NCBI GenBank assembly: GCA_020050435.1
Contig: JAGVKQ010000019.1
Span: forward strand, 33,644 to 97,643
Origin: Candidatus Caenarcanales bacterium
GTDB lineage: Bacteria; Cyanobacteriota; Vampirovibrionia; 2-02-FULL-35-15
Direction: 5' to 3'
Length of the DNA stretch: 64,000 bases
Part shown: in pieces, positions 1-10,720 of the stretch
Position numbering within the stretch: the stretch's first letter is position 1
Layout of the letters: each line of letters starts with the position of its first letter
Notes under the pieces: model-generated
Told to the model about the DNA's origin: nothing
The model's database searches: none
Seen by the model: only the letters and a program-made list of their open reading frames with translations
Made by a program: the position numbers and the translations under genes

Positions 1-450
1 AGTGTTGATGCTACTTTACAGCGCTTTTATTCTGAAGTTAAAAATGGAAGAGATGTTATTAAGGATGCTAAGGGTGTACTCGTTTTCCCAAATGTTTATA
101 AGGCTGGATTTCTCATTGGTGGTCAATATGGTCAGGGTGCATTAAGAATTAATGGTAAGACTGTTGATTACTATAGCACCACGGCTGGTTCATTTGGTTT
201 TCAATTTGGTGCACAAAAAAAATCTATTATTGTATTGTTCATGGGAGATGAAGCATTAAATAGTTTTCGTAAAGCTCCTAATTGGGTTGCTGGTGTAGAT
301 GCTTCTATTGCAGTTATCAATATTGGTGCTGCTGAATCAATCGATACTGCTAAGTTTAATCAACCCATACTTGCATTTATAATTGACCAAAAAGGTCTTA
401 TGTATAACTTGACATTGGAAGGTTCAAAGTTTACGAAATTAAATAAGTAA
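1..450 (+). CDS. YSC84/SYLF lipid-binding domain protein (5'-truncated by window edge)
   Basis: Frame open from base 1: ...AKGVLVFPNVYKAGFLIGGQYGQGAL...GSFGFQFGAQ...QKGLMYNLTLEGSKFTKL, typical SYLF motifs. Confidence 0.85.
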   Translation, partial: SVDATLQRFYSEVKNGRDVIKDAKGVLVFPNVYKAGFLIGGQYGQGALRINGKTVDYYSTTAGSFGFQFGAQKKSIIVLFMGDEALNSFRKAPNWVAGVDASIAVINIGAAESIDTAKFNQPILAFIIDQKGLMYNLTLEGSKFTKLNK

Positions 451-470
451 TTTTTAACTTGTTATAAAAT

Positions 471-1325
471 TTATTCATTACAAGTAGGGAGCTCTATTTT
501 ATCTAGGTTTCTATTACTTACAAATGGAGCAAAATGATTTTTTCTTGCTAGCTCTATAAATTTACACTGCTTGCTTTTTTTAGTAGGATAATCTATTGCA
601 AGAACAAATTTCCCCTCATCAGTAATCTTTTTTAAGAATCTGAGATCTCTGTTTACTGTTCTTTTCTTGACTTTTCTATTATCAAAAAAGAAAGTATCTT
701 CTTTGCCAAGCCCATCAATAACATTTAAATATTCACTATCATTTACGAGTTCAGGCGAATTTTGTGGGATTATAAGAAATCCTGGCTTTCTTTCTCTTCC
801 CCTTCTAGCAATTTCTATTACAAAATCTTCCATTTCTTTTCTTGCTGACGTTCTCCCTTTCTCTTCATAGTAGAAATAAGCATCAATAATATCTAAATAA
901 ACCCCATCATATCCAGCAGTTATAATTTCATCTAGTCTATTAAAAACAATTTGTTGCCATTCTGGATCCCAAAACTCAACTTTGTAATTATCAGGGAAAT
1001 CAGGGTTTCTTTCATCAATAAAACTTGGTGGATTATTGTCAAAATTACCCTCAATCCAGTAGTCCCTATAATTTTCAGCTTCACCAATGCTTAAATATGA
1101 AACAATAGATTTGTTTTGATTTTTTAACTCTAATACTTCGCTAGGTGAAAAATTTGCATCATCAATATCAATTACTCCTATATCAAAACTTGTGTTTGAA
1201 AGTGTCTTATGTTTTACATCCTGGAGCTGGTAGATAAATGAATTAATATCTTCCCCGTAGGATTTTAATGGGAAAACCATGGTTAAGATTAAGAGAGCTA
1301 ATAATAATTTTTTGTAACTTAGCAT
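471..1325 (-). CDS. Secreted MJ1477/TM1410-family glycoside hydrolase (GH114-like endo-alpha-1,4-polygalactosaminidase)
   Basis: Signal peptide; YLSIGEAENYRDYW, GYDGVYLDIIDAY, IIPQNS, GLGKED motifs. Confidence 0.85.
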   Translation of the reverse strand: MLSYKKLLLALLILTMVFPLKSYGEDINSFIYQLQDVKHKTLSNTSFDIGVIDIDDANFSPSEVLELKNQNKSIVSYLSIGEAENYRDYWIEGNFDNNPPSFIDERNPDFPDNYKVEFWDPEWQQIVFNRLDEIITAGYDGVYLDIIDAYFYYEEKGRTSARKEMEDFVIEIARRGRERKPGFLIIPQNSPELVNDSEYLNVIDGLGKEDTFFFDNRKVKKRTVNRDLRFLKKITDEGKFVLAIDYPTKKSKQCKFIELARKNHFAPFVSNRNLDKIELPTCNE

Positions 1326-1385
1326 AATTTAATAAATTTATCCTACTTATAAATTATAATCATAAAAGAGAAAAGAGAGGTACTC

Positions 1386-1778
1386 ATGAAAGAAAAAATA
1401 AAACCATTATGGATCTTAATTGCTGGTCCATATCGTTCAGGTACAAATGATGACCCTGAATTAATGGCTGAAAATGTACGTATAATGAATAGAATTGCTC
1501 TAAAGCTTTTCCGTGCTGGACATATGCCAGTTGTCGGTGAATGGTTTGCTTTACCTTTAGTTGAAACTGCAGGATCAAAAAAAGTAGGTGATGAGGCTTT
1601 TAATGAGATTTTCCATCCTAGTGCAGTATTGCTAGGAGAAAGATGTGATGCTTGTTTAAGAATTGGTGGTCCTTCTTCTGGAGCTGATGAAATGGTGAAA
1701 TTAGCCAAAGAACGTGGACAAAAAGTATTTTTTAAACTGGAAGATATTCCAGGGTGTGAGTTGGAAGCAGTAAAGTAG
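1386..1778 (+). CDS. DUF4406-like protein (nucleoside deoxyribosyltransferase-like fold)
   Basis: ILIAGPYRSGT...GHMPVVGEWFALP...RCDACLRIGGPSSGADEM; GAGG RBS upstream. Confidence 0.7.
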   Translation: MKEKIKPLWILIAGPYRSGTNDDPELMAENVRIMNRIALKLFRAGHMPVVGEWFALPLVETAGSKKVGDEAFNEIFHPSAVLLGERCDACLRIGGPSSGADEMVKLAKERGQKVFFKLEDIPGCELEAVK

Positions 1779-1926
1779 AAAATAAATGAGTTAGACACAA
1801 TGAGTGTTTGTAAGATTCTTGTATACATTAAATTTATTTAATCTTAAGTAGAATGAAAAACTTTTTATAAAATTTATTTTATGGAAGAATCTTTACAATC
1901 TTCTACTGTATAATTCTTATACTTAA

Positions 1927-3438
1927 ATGACTTTTCATATCCCACAAATTACTCGAAAAACCAATTTAGCTGAGGCTGCTATACATTGGAGAAGACATTT
2001 TGATTACAGGCGAGATCGGAGTCTTTTAAAACATGAAAAAATTAACCCCCCTAATGTTGTTGGAGATTTAGTAAATAGAATCCATGGAAATGGAAATGAA
2101 GTAAATATTGCTATTCAAGGACTTGGATCTGTAGTAGAAAGATTAATTGTCGGTGCTTATTCAAAGCTTAAGGGAAAATATCCAGGCGGAAATCTTCCTA
2201 TTAAATTTGTCCCTGTTGATGTTCATAAAGCTGGAATACAATCACCTAGATTTGGAGAAGATGGGGGAATTGTTGCAGCCAGAAGAGTGGCACAGCTTGC
2301 AGAAATGGGATTGCCTTTTCATGAATATGGTTATGTGGATTTTGATAGTTTAGCTGATCAGATGCAGACACAAGGAAATAAACTTACGGGATATGGAAGA
2401 CCTGCTCTTAATATTCATGGTGCATATGTAGCTTCTGTTCCGACTCAACATGTAGATAATTCTATTGTTTTCGCTGATGCTAAGATTTGGACTTTTCCTG
2501 ATAAACCCATCTTTCCACCTGGAACAAAAGCCACTGCTAGCCATGTAAGTGAAATAAGAAAGCGAAAAAAAATCTTAGCAACTGATTTCTTTTTACATAG
2601 TGCATCTAGAAACTATGCTAATCAAGAATGGCAAGGAAGAGTAGAAGAATTAACCAGAGGATTTGGAGATATAGAGGAAGTTCATATCCATTGTGGAGAA
2701 CCCTGGGGATTAGATCGACCTTTACTAGATCCAGAAATTGCTGGGTCTGGAATTTTTTCTGATACAGGCGGTTCACATGGAACAGCATTTTATAGAGATT
2801 TAATGTCTTGGAAAGGACTTGATTTAGGAGATACTGCTATCTTTAAAGACATCCATAGATTTAGATTACATTCTGATAATTTAGGGGCTAATGCAGGTGA
2901 CCCTAATTATGAAACTGATGCAGTTGCATTGTGGGAATTAAATAATAGCCAAAATACTGATTTGGTTATAGGGGGAGGAAAAGGTATTGGTTTTAGATAT
3001 GGTGGAACAAGGAATGAAGATCTTCCTTATTTAGGGGCTACTTTTATTTATAACAATGGCTATGTAAAAATAAATTTTGGTTACGATAATCATAATCCAT
3101 ACGTAGAAGTAATTCCACAAGATTTAGATAAGCCTATTACCACCATTGAATTTGAAAACAGCAAGCTTAACTATGAAGAGATTTTAGCTCTTTGGATATT
3201 AATCTGCCAGGGAGACAGTGATGGAGTTGCATTAAAAAGATTGAGTGAAGTTCATAATTCTTGTTTAGAGGGAATATTAATGTGTCACGAAGCATTAGAA
3301 GTTGCCCGTACAGATGACCTGACAACTTACAGACATGGAGAGCTTCCGCCTTCTTGTGTTGGCTGGGATCAGGGTGTAGTAAGTCATCAAATAGAAAGAG
3401 AATTGACAAAGTCTACCTTGGAAGGTTTAGTAAAGTAA
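1927..3438 (+). CDS. Highly divergent Gfo/Idh/MocA-family oxidoreductase-like protein
   Basis: IAIQGLGSV Rossmann start; YVASVPTQH...TFPDKPI resembles IATPxxxH...EKP; GSGIFSDTGGSH resembles GGGxxxDxGxH. Confidence 0.55.
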   Translation: MTFHIPQITRKTNLAEAAIHWRRHFDYRRDRSLLKHEKINPPNVVGDLVNRIHGNGNEVNIAIQGLGSVVERLIVGAYSKLKGKYPGGNLPIKFVPVDVHKAGIQSPRFGEDGGIVAARRVAQLAEMGLPFHEYGYVDFDSLADQMQTQGNKLTGYGRPALNIHGAYVASVPTQHVDNSIVFADAKIWTFPDKPIFPPGTKATASHVSEIRKRKKILATDFFLHSASRNYANQEWQGRVEELTRGFGDIEEVHIHCGEPWGLDRPLLDPEIAGSGIFSDTGGSHGTAFYRDLMSWKGLDLGDTAIFKDIHRFRLHSDNLGANAGDPNYETDAVALWELNNSQNTDLVIGGGKGIGFRYGGTRNEDLPYLGATFIYNNGYVKINFGYDNHNPYVEVIPQDLDKPITTIEFENSKLNYEEILALWILICQGDSDGVALKRLSEVHNSCLEGILMCHEALEVARTDDLTTYRHGELPPSCVGWDQGVVSHQIERELTKSTLEGLVK

Positions 3439-3548
3439 TAGGCACTATCATTGATGTGGATGTAAATAGCACTGATGTTTATCAAATACTTACTAGTTTA
3501 GGGTTTGAGATGGCAGATTTGTCTAACCCTGTACAAACCTAGCAATTA

Positions 3549-3604
3549 ATCATCCTTTTGATTATCTTTAGATGGATGTAAGTTGTGAATAAAACAACTA
3601 TGCT
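3549..3604 (+). promoter_or_regulatory. 17-bp box ATCATCCTTTTGATTAT (with overlapping second box) and -10 TATGCT 50 bp downstream
   Basis: Member of the repeated box family; -10 at 3599-3604. Confidence 0.7.
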
Positions 3605-3643
3605 TATAAGCTATATAAGTCTAAAAAAGGATGAATTAAAAAT

Positions 3644-3973
3644 ATGCCTGATACAAATGTTGAATCTAAAATAGCTTCAGTTAATTATGATAATGGAACT
3701 AGTAATTTTAAAAAAGTAGAAACTCGAAATTCTAACATAGGCAATTTAGGGTTTTTATTTGTAACAATGATAATAATTCTATGTGTAGTAGTTTTTACAC
3801 AAAAAGCTTTTATATTTAATACAATTACACCAGCAGCAGTCACAAATACACCAGAAGTAGTTACTGAAACAGAAACCACTTATGTGGAAACTGAAAAGCC
3901 ATCAGGTAATTCTGACACAAGTTTTATACAAACTGAAACTACAAAAACTGTTACTGAAACTGAAGTTGATTAA
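3644..3973 (+). CDS. Hypothetical single-pass membrane protein with Thr/Glu-rich tail
   Basis: One hydrophobic segment, AAGGA upstream, preceded by box promoter. Confidence 0.6.
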   Translation: MPDTNVESKIASVNYDNGTSNFKKVETRNSNIGNLGFLFVTMIIILCVVVFTQKAFIFNTITPAAVTNTPEVVTETETTYVETEKPSGNSDTSFIQTETTKTVTETEVD

Positions 3974-4362
3974 TCACTTCTTTTAGGACTTAATAGCTCT
4001 ATCTTATAGCCATCTGGGTCTTCCATGAAAGCTAATATGGAACCTCCATGTTTCATGGGACCTGCTTCTCTAGTGATCTTTGCACCTTTAAATCTAAACT
4101 CTTCACAGGATTTGTAAACATCTTCTACTTCTATAGCTATATGTCCAAAAGCATTACCAAGATCATATTTATCCGTATCCCAGTTATAAGTCAGCTCTAT
4201 GGCAGTGTGTTTTGATTCATCTCCATAACCTAAAAATGCCAACGTAAATCTGCCTTCAGGATATTCTTTCTGGCGAAGGATAGTCATACCCAGAACCTCT
4301 GAATAAAATTTAAGAGATCGTTCCAGGTTCGTAACTCTAAGCATGGTGTGAAGAATTCGCAT
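3970..4362 (-). CDS. gloA: Lactoylglutathione lyase (glyoxalase I)
   Basis: MRILHTMLRV...IELTYNWD..YDLGNAFGHIAI...EDPDGYKIEL. Confidence 0.95.
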   Translation of the reverse strand: MRILHTMLRVTNLERSLKFYSEVLGMTILRQKEYPEGRFTLAFLGYGDESKHTAIELTYNWDTDKYDLGNAFGHIAIEVEDVYKSCEEFRFKGAKITREAGPMKHGGSILAFMEDPDGYKIELLSPKRSD

Positions 4363-4469
4363 ACTAAGATTTTAGCGGATTTTAAATAAAATCTGACGTT
4401 TTTGTATTATGAAATCAAGCTTCTTAACATCCAAGCTATTTTTTTCATGAGTTTTTGAGTGAATGAAAA

Positions 4470-4790
4470 CTAAAAAACAGGAAGAGTTTCAATGTCTTCA
4501 GGTTTGATATTTTTAGCTTTACCATCTAGCTCATCTATACTTAAGCACATTCTATCGGCAGCATCTCTTAAAGCATGTCCCACTTTTCTAACTTTATTTA
4601 CTCCAACATCTTCAAGTTCTTCAAGCTTTTCTTTTGTTAGCTCTTTAAATTTTAAAGTTTTATCAACTAAATCTTTTCTTGTCTCATCTCCTGACTTTGT
4701 AGTCATGAGCACTCCTACCAATACACCCAAAAATAAACCGGATGTAAAAACATTTGCTGCTTTAATGGTACTTGCTAGTTGCTTAAACAT
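4470..4790 (-). CDS. YtxH-domain general stress protein
   Basis: GLFLGVLVGVLMTTKSGDETRKDL motif; start moved to ATG 4790 behind GAAGGTG RBS. Confidence 0.75.
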   Translation of the reverse strand: MFKQLASTIKAANVFTSGLFLGVLVGVLMTTKSGDETRKDLVDKTLKFKELTKEKLEELEDVGVNKVRKVGHALRDAADRMCLSIDELDGKAKNIKPEDIETLPVF

Positions 4791-4857
4791 ATTTTCACCT
4801 TCTTTATTGTAGTAGCTTGTTAATTTACAATTAAATAAATTTTTCTCTACATTAATA

Positions 4858-4914
4858 AGGTTACTCTTCAACTAAAAAAAATAAATCCTTCTTATGGTTA
4901 ATCAAAAGAATGAT
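4858..4914 (-). promoter_or_regulatory. 17-bp box ATCATTCTTTTGATTAA with -10 TAACCT (51 bp) for the YtxH gene
   Basis: Box 4898-4914 on minus strand. Confidence 0.55.
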
Positions 4915-5661
4915 TTAAGCTAATTGCTTTTCTTTAAGTAAACACTTTTCTAAGTCCTCTGAACCACCTATATATTTCCCACCAATAAATATTTGAGGAA
5001 CGGTGGTCTTTCCAGTTATAGCAAGAAGTGTTTTGACCGTAATATTTTTCCCTATAGAGATTTCTTCATACTTCATGCCTTGTTCTGTAAGCATTGCTTT
5101 TGCTTTAGTACAGAATGGGCATCCTTCTTTTGTAAATAATGTTACTGGTTCAGGTGATTTTTCTTTAGGATTTATGTACTTTAACATAGTTTCAGCATCT
5201 GATACTTCAAATGGATCACCTTCTTTTTCAGGCTCAATAAACATTTTTTCAATCACACTATTTTTAACAAGCATTGAATAACGCCATGATCTTTTTCCAA
5301 AACCAATAGCTTCTTTGCCAACAAGCATGCCCATTTTGTCTGTAAATTCACCATTTCCATCTGGAATAAATCTTATCTTCTCAGCATCTTCATCTTTTTT
5401 CCAAGCATTCATTACAAAAGCATCATTTACAGAAACACAAACAATTTCATCTATGCCATTTTTTTTAAATGTTTCTATCAGATTATTATAGCCAGGTACG
5501 TGTGCTGAAGAGCAGGTAGGAGTAAATGCTCCAGGAAGTGAAAACACAACTACAGTTTTATTTTTAAAAATATAATTACTTGTAACCTCAGCCCATTTAT
5601 TATCTTCACGAATTTTAAATGTTACATCAGGTACTTTTTGACCTTCCATATTTTTTAACAT
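4915..5661 (-). CDS. Hybrid peroxiredoxin-5/glutaredoxin (glutathione-dependent peroxidase)
   Basis: PGAFTPTCS Prx5 active site, CVSVNDAFVM, C-terminal Grx CPFC and TVPQIFIGG. Confidence 0.93.
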   Translation of the reverse strand: MLKNMEGQKVPDVTFKIREDNKWAEVTSNYIFKNKTVVVFSLPGAFTPTCSSAHVPGYNNLIETFKKNGIDEIVCVSVNDAFVMNAWKKDEDAEKIRFIPDGNGEFTDKMGMLVGKEAIGFGKRSWRYSMLVKNSVIEKMFIEPEKEGDPFEVSDAETMLKYINPKEKSPEPVTLFTKEGCPFCTKAKAMLTEQGMKYEEISIGKNITVKTLLAITGKTTVPQIFIGGKYIGGSEDLEKCLLKEKQLA

Positions 5662-5753
5662 AATGATCTCCTTGCGTTTATATTAATTTTACAACGATTG
5701 TCTTTTTATTGCTAATAAATTTAAATGACATTTTTAGGAGAATTGATAGTAAG

Positions 5754-5770
5754 CTCATCTAAAGGATGAT
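5754..5770. promoter_or_regulatory. Near-palindromic copy of the 17-bp box (CTCATCTAAAGGATGAT)
   Basis: TCATC-N5-GATGA in divergent intergenic region; no -10 at the usual 40/50 spacing. Confidence 0.5.
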
Positions 5771-5850
5771 TCTTAGTGGTAATACAGAGCAGGCATTTTT
5801 TTTAGGAGTATGCTGAGAGTGTAAACTTTGAAAAAATATTTGGAGACAAT

Positions 5851-6390
5851 ATGAAAAAAACGCTTAATCTCTTACTAATAGTGGCATTACTTCTTCCTTC
5901 TACCTTTTTGGTGCCTTTAGCTTCTTTGGCAGAACATGAGAAGTTAAAAGTCCCAAGTGATTTATCTATTCCTATAAGCTTTGCTGAACCTGTTACTAGT
6001 AATAAAATTGCCTCTGGTGATTCTATTCCTGTAATTATAAATAAAGATATTTATGTAGAAGAAACCTTGGTTTTTAAAAGAGGAACTGATGGAGTTGTTT
6101 TTGTAGACTCGAGTAAAAAAAGTGGACGTTGGGGAAGTGCAGGAAAAATTAAAATTACCAGTGGAAAATTGACAGATGTATTTGGAACTCAGCATGATGT
6201 GAAAATATCTGAAAAAGAAAAAGGTGACGGTAAACCTTCAGCAAAAATATTGCCAGTTGTAGGTTTAGTTGTTTTTTGGCCTTTAATTTTATTTGGACTT
6301 AAAAAAGGTGATCAGGCAGTTATTCCTGCTGGAAAAATAGCTTATGCCTTTACAAAAGATTCAGTAAGAGTTGATACTTCAAAAAATTAG
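5851..6390 (+). CDS. Secreted hypothetical protein, VirB10/TrbI-like beta domain
   Basis: Signal peptide; VPxxxxIxIxFxxxVTSxxxxxGD pattern shared with 11610-12575 protein. Confidence 0.55.
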   Translation: MKKTLNLLLIVALLLPSTFLVPLASLAEHEKLKVPSDLSIPISFAEPVTSNKIASGDSIPVIINKDIYVEETLVFKRGTDGVVFVDSSKKSGRWGSAGKIKITSGKLTDVFGTQHDVKISEKEKGDGKPSAKILPVVGLVVFWPLILFGLKKGDQAVIPAGKIAYAFTKDSVRVDTSKN

Positions 6391-6435
6391 ACAAATCAGT
6401 GCTTTTTACTTAGAAATAGGTTTATAATTTAACTT

Positions 6436-7788
6436 ATGACAAATAAATACGATTATATTGTTATTGGTGGTGGAAGTGGTGGAATTGCATCAGCAAGGAA
6501 AGCCGCTTCCTTTGGTGTAAAGGTTTTATTGGTTGAGGGAAAGCATATAGGTGGAACCTGTGTAAATGTAGGCTGTGTCCCTAAGAAAATCATGTGGAAT
6601 ACAGCAGAGTTGGCAGAATCCATTCATGATGCCAGTGACTATGGCTTTAATGTTGAATATAAAAACTTTGACTTAAAAAAATTAAAAGGTGACAGAGATG
6701 CATTTATAGAAAAACTCCATGGTATATATGAGAAAAATTTAAAAGGGTCTGGGGTTGAAAGAATAAATGGATTTGCAGAGTTTGTAAACGAAAAAGAAAT
6801 TGAAGTCAATGGGGAAAAATATACAGCAGATCACATTTTAATTTCAACAGGTGGCTATCCTGTTATTCCTGATTTACCTGGATCTGAGTTTGGGATTACC
6901 TCTGATGGAGTTTTCAATCTTGAAAAAATCCCTGCTAAGGTTGCAATAGTTGGTGCAGGCTATATTGCAGTTGAATTTGCAGGTATACTACAAAACCTGG
7001 GTTCGAAAGTAACTTGCATTATAAGAAAAGACAGAATGTTAAAGGAATTTGATAAAGACATTCAGAATTTTCTTTTTGAAGAATTGGTAAATTCAGGAAT
7101 TGAAATAATGCCAAATACTGAAGTTCTAGCGGTGGAAAAAAATGACAAAGGGCTTTTAACTATAAAAACTAAAGATGGAAAATCTTTCTCTGAATATGAT
7201 GCATTGATATGGGCTGTGGGCAGAAATCCGAATGTTAAAAATTTAAAACTTGAAAAAGCTAATGTAAAACTAGATGAAAAAGAACATATTATTGTTAATG
7301 AATATCAAAATACAACCACTAAAGGAATATATGCAGTTGGAGATGTTACTGGTAAAAAAGGATTAACACCCGTTGCTATTGCTGCTGGAAGAAGGCTTTC
7401 CCGAAGGCTTTTTAATAAAGAGACTGAATTAAAGCTTGATTATACTAACATCCCCAGTGTTGTATTTTCACACCCACCCATTGGAACTGTAGGATTTACA
7501 GAAGAAAGAGCAATAGAAAAATATAAAGCTGAAAATCTAAAAACATATAAAACAGTTTTTACAAATATGTACCATGCTGTAACTAAAAGAAAAACAAAAA
7601 CAATGATGAAACTTGTAACTCTAAAACCGGAGGAAAAGATAATTGGAATTCAAATAATAGGTATTGGGGCGGATGAAATGCTTCAAGGCTTTAGCGTTGC
7701 TGTCAAAATGGGAGCTACAAAAAAAGACTTTGATGAAACGGTCGCTATTCATCCTACTGCTGCTGAAGAATTGGTAACATTGAGTTGA
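6436..7788 (+). CDS. gorA: Glutathione-disulfide reductase
   Basis: [46 protein letters not shown]. Confidence 0.95.
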   Translation: MTNKYDYIVIGGGSGGIASARKAASFGVKVLLVEGKHIGGTCVNVGCVPKKIMWNTAELAESIHDASDYGFNVEYKNFDLKKLKGDRDAFIEKLHGIYEKNLKGSGVERINGFAEFVNEKEIEVNGEKYTADHILISTGGYPVIPDLPGSEFGITSDGVFNLEKIPAKVAIVGAGYIAVEFAGILQNLGSKVTCIIRKDRMLKEFDKDIQNFLFEELVNSGIEIMPNTEVLAVEKNDKGLLTIKTKDGKSFSEYDALIWAVGRNPNVKNLKLEKANVKLDEKEHIIVNEYQNTTTKGIYAVGDVTGKKGLTPVAIAAGRRLSRRLFNKETELKLDYTNIPSVVFSHPPIGTVGFTEERAIEKYKAENLKTYKTVFTNMYHAVTKRKTKTMMKLVTLKPEEKIIGIQIIGIGADEMLQGFSVAVKMGATKKDFDETVAIHPTAAEELVTLS

Positions 7789-7998
7789 TTTAAGATTAGC
7801 TTAACTTACTCAGTATTTGATTTTTTAGTAGAAAATTTAGAAGTATTGATATTCTCTAAGTTTACAATGTTTAAGTTCTCTTTACAATTGGGTTTCGCAT
7901 AAGGATTCTTTAACCTAAATATATTTATAATTTTAGGAAGGTTGCAAAAAGGTTAATTTACCCTAAAGGGATCCTATAGAAACTTGGTGGATCATTTT

Positions 7999-10236
7999 AT
8001 GGAACATTATATAGATTATTTAAAAAAAACTTTTCAAAAATTAAAAAATGAATTGAATAATGCATTCATTGCATTAAAATACATTAAGCAAAAAGATACT
8101 AAATCATTAACATTTAAATATATGGTTCCTTTTTTGTTTCTTGTGGTATTACTTACAGCTGATTATTTACTTTTAAATAACTATATAAGCACCAATCAAA
8201 AACAAGCCATGGCTTTTATATTAACAGCAGATCAAAGAATGTTAACACAAAGAATTGCTCTGATTTCTAGAGAAATAACAAAAACAAAAGAAGAAGAAAG
8301 AATTAATAGACTTTCCAAACAATTAATAGACTCAATAAAGTTGCTGGAATCTACTCATAATACCTTGACAAATAAAAATAAAATGAATGCTGCACCTTCA
8401 ATACACTCAGAAAAAATACACTCAATATATTTTGAACCACCACATTCACTAGATTTGCAAATATCAACATTTTTGGAAAAAGCAAAAGCTGTTGCATTTA
8501 TTCCTTCTAAAAAAATATCTGCAAAAGATAAGAACTTGATATATATTTTAACAACTGCTACGGATGAAAAATTACTATTTGGATTAGAAGAACTAATTCA
8601 TCAACATGAAAAAGAATCAGAAGAATTTATATTAAATTCAAAAAAGTTAAATTCTTTATTATTCCTATTAAACATATTAGTAATTATATTCATTGTTAGT
8701 TATGTTTTTCGACCTCTTACTAAAAGAATAGAAAATGAGGTGTTGGCACTTCAAGAAAGTAATAAATTTATTGAAAATTTACGTAAACAAAATGAATTAA
8801 TCTTAAATGCAGCTGGTGAAGGTATATTTGGTATAAATAAAGAAGGACTCATAACATTTGTTAATTCGGCGGGAGCCACCATGGTTGGTTGGAGTATTCC
8901 AGAGTTAATTGGAAAGTACCCGCATGAAATCATTCATCATACAAAAGTTGACGGTTCTCCATGTTTAAAAAGTGAGTGCCCTATTTATGAATCTTTAAAA
9001 GATGGTAATTCATATCATACAGATAATGAATTGTTTTGGAAAAAAGATGGTATTGCTTTTCCAGTAGAATATTTGAGTACTCCTATTAAAGAAAATGAGG
9101 AGCTTATTGGAGCAGTAATAATTTATAGAGATATAACTGAGCAGAGAAAAGAACAACAATCAAAAAATAGATTAGCTTCTATCGTGGAATCATCAGAAGA
9201 TGCTATATTAGGTTTATCTCTTAAGGGAAATATTGAAAATTGGAATGATGGAGCTGTAAGAAGTTATGGCTATTCAAAAGAGGAAGCTTTTAATAAGAAT
9301 GTTTCAATTATTTTTCCTAACGATAATTTGGGCGAAATTGATGTACTTCTAGGAAGAATTAAAAATGGAGAACATATTAATCACTTTGAAACTATTCGTA
9401 AAAAAAAGGATGGAAGCTTAATTTATGTATCTCAAGCAATATCTCCCATTAAAGATTATGAAAATAAAGTTATAGGGGTTTCTTCTATAGAACGAGATAT
9501 TAGTGAAAAGAAAATATCAGAAGAAAAATTGAATAATGTTTTACTAGAGCTTGAACGCTCTAACAAAGAGCTTGAACAATTTGCATATATTACCTCACAT
9601 GATTTGCAGGAACCACTAAGAACAATAATAAGTTATTCTCAACTTACGCAAGAAATATATGCTGACAAGCTAGATGAAAAAGGTAAACAATTTTTAAACT
9701 ATGCATCTGAAGGTGCACAAAGAATGCAAAATCTAATAAATGATTTACTTGAATACTCAAGAATAGAAAAGGCTGGTACTACTTTTGAGCCAACAGTATG
9801 TAATGAAATTGTTAAAACAGCGATTACGAATTTAAATTTATCTATAAGTGAGAGCAAGGCAGAAGTAATATGTGATGATCTGCCAATAGTAATGGGAGAT
9901 AAGATACAGTTAATCCAACTTTTTCAAAACTTAATTGGAAATGCTATTAAATATAGAGGTAAATTGTCACCAAAGATTTTCATTAATGCTACAAAAAAAG
10001 AAAATATATGGTTCTTTTCAGTTAAAGACAATGGAATAGGCTTTAATAGTGAATATGCAGAACAAATATTCTTAATATTTCAGCGTTTACATTCTAGAAA
10101 AACCTATAAAGGAAGCGGTATTGGGCTTGCTTTATGTAAAAGAATTGTTGAAAGGCATGGCGGGACGATATGGGCAGAGTCTGAGCCTGAGAAAGGTAGT
10201 ATATTTAACTTTACGATACCATCAATTAAGGGTTAA
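7999..10236 (+). CDS. Membrane sensor histidine kinase (NarX/PilJ-like periplasmic domain, 2 PAS, HisKA, HATPase)
   Basis: QRMLTQRIA P-box-like motif between two TM segments; two PAS; SHDLQEPLR; DNGIGF, GSGIGL. Confidence 0.9.
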   Translation: MEHYIDYLKKTFQKLKNELNNAFIALKYIKQKDTKSLTFKYMVPFLFLVVLLTADYLLLNNYISTNQKQAMAFILTADQRMLTQRIALISREITKTKEEERINRLSKQLIDSIKLLESTHNTLTNKNKMNAAPSIHSEKIHSIYFEPPHSLDLQISTFLEKAKAVAFIPSKKISAKDKNLIYILTTATDEKLLFGLEELIHQHEKESEEFILNSKKLNSLLFLLNILVIIFIVSYVFRPLTKRIENEVLALQESNKFIENLRKQNELILNAAGEGIFGINKEGLITFVNSAGATMVGWSIPELIGKYPHEIIHHTKVDGSPCLKSECPIYESLKDGNSYHTDNELFWKKDGIAFPVEYLSTPIKENEELIGAVIIYRDITEQRKEQQSKNRLASIVESSEDAILGLSLKGNIENWNDGAVRSYGYSKEEAFNKNVSIIFPNDNLGEIDVLLGRIKNGEHINHFETIRKKKDGSLIYVSQAISPIKDYENKVIGVSSIERDISEKKISEEKLNNVLLELERSNKELEQFAYITSHDLQEPLRTIISYSQLTQEIYADKLDEKGKQFLNYASEGAQRMQNLINDLLEYSRIEKAGTTFEPTVCNEIVKTAITNLNLSISESKAEVICDDLPIVMGDKIQLIQLFQNLIGNAIKYRGKLSPKIFINATKKENIWFFSVKDNGIGFNSEYAEQIFLIFQRLHSRKTYKGSGIGLALCKRIVERHGGTIWAESEPEKGSIFNFTIPSIKG

Positions 10237-10244
10237 TTAAATAG

Positions 10245-10679
10245 ATGAAAAAAAATAATATAATTAATGTTTTGTTAGTTGAAGATAGTCCAAGTGATAT
10301 AGATCTGACTTTAGAAGCATTTAAAAGGATAACTACACCAAATCAAATTTCTGTTGTAGAAGATGGGGAGGAAGCGCTTTTATTTCTTAAGAAAGAGGGG
10401 CAATATAAAAATGTAAGCACGCCTGATATTATTCTTCTTGATTTAAACTTGCCAAAAATAGACGGTAGAAATGTCCTAATTGAAATTAAATCTAATGATA
10501 CTTTAAAACATATTCCAGTAATTGTTTTAACCACATCAAAATCAGAGGAGGATATATTAAAATCTTATAAGTTACATGCAAATTGTTATATTACTAAACC
10601 CGTAGACATAAAACAATTTTGGGAAATGATTAATTGTATTGAATTATTTTGGTTTAAGATTGCACGCTTACCTAGTTAA
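10245..10679 (+). CDS. Single-domain response regulator (Rcp1-like)
   Basis: LLVEDS, LLDLNLPKIDG, LTTS, ANCYITKPV, FW motif. Confidence 0.92.
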   Translation: MKKNNIINVLLVEDSPSDIDLTLEAFKRITTPNQISVVEDGEEALLFLKKEGQYKNVSTPDIILLDLNLPKIDGRNVLIEIKSNDTLKHIPVIVLTTSKSEEDILKSYKLHANCYITKPVDIKQFWEMINCIELFWFKIARLPS

Positions 10680-10720
10680 TTTATAACTCGATTTGAACAT
10701 AATAAATAAAGGAGATCAAA

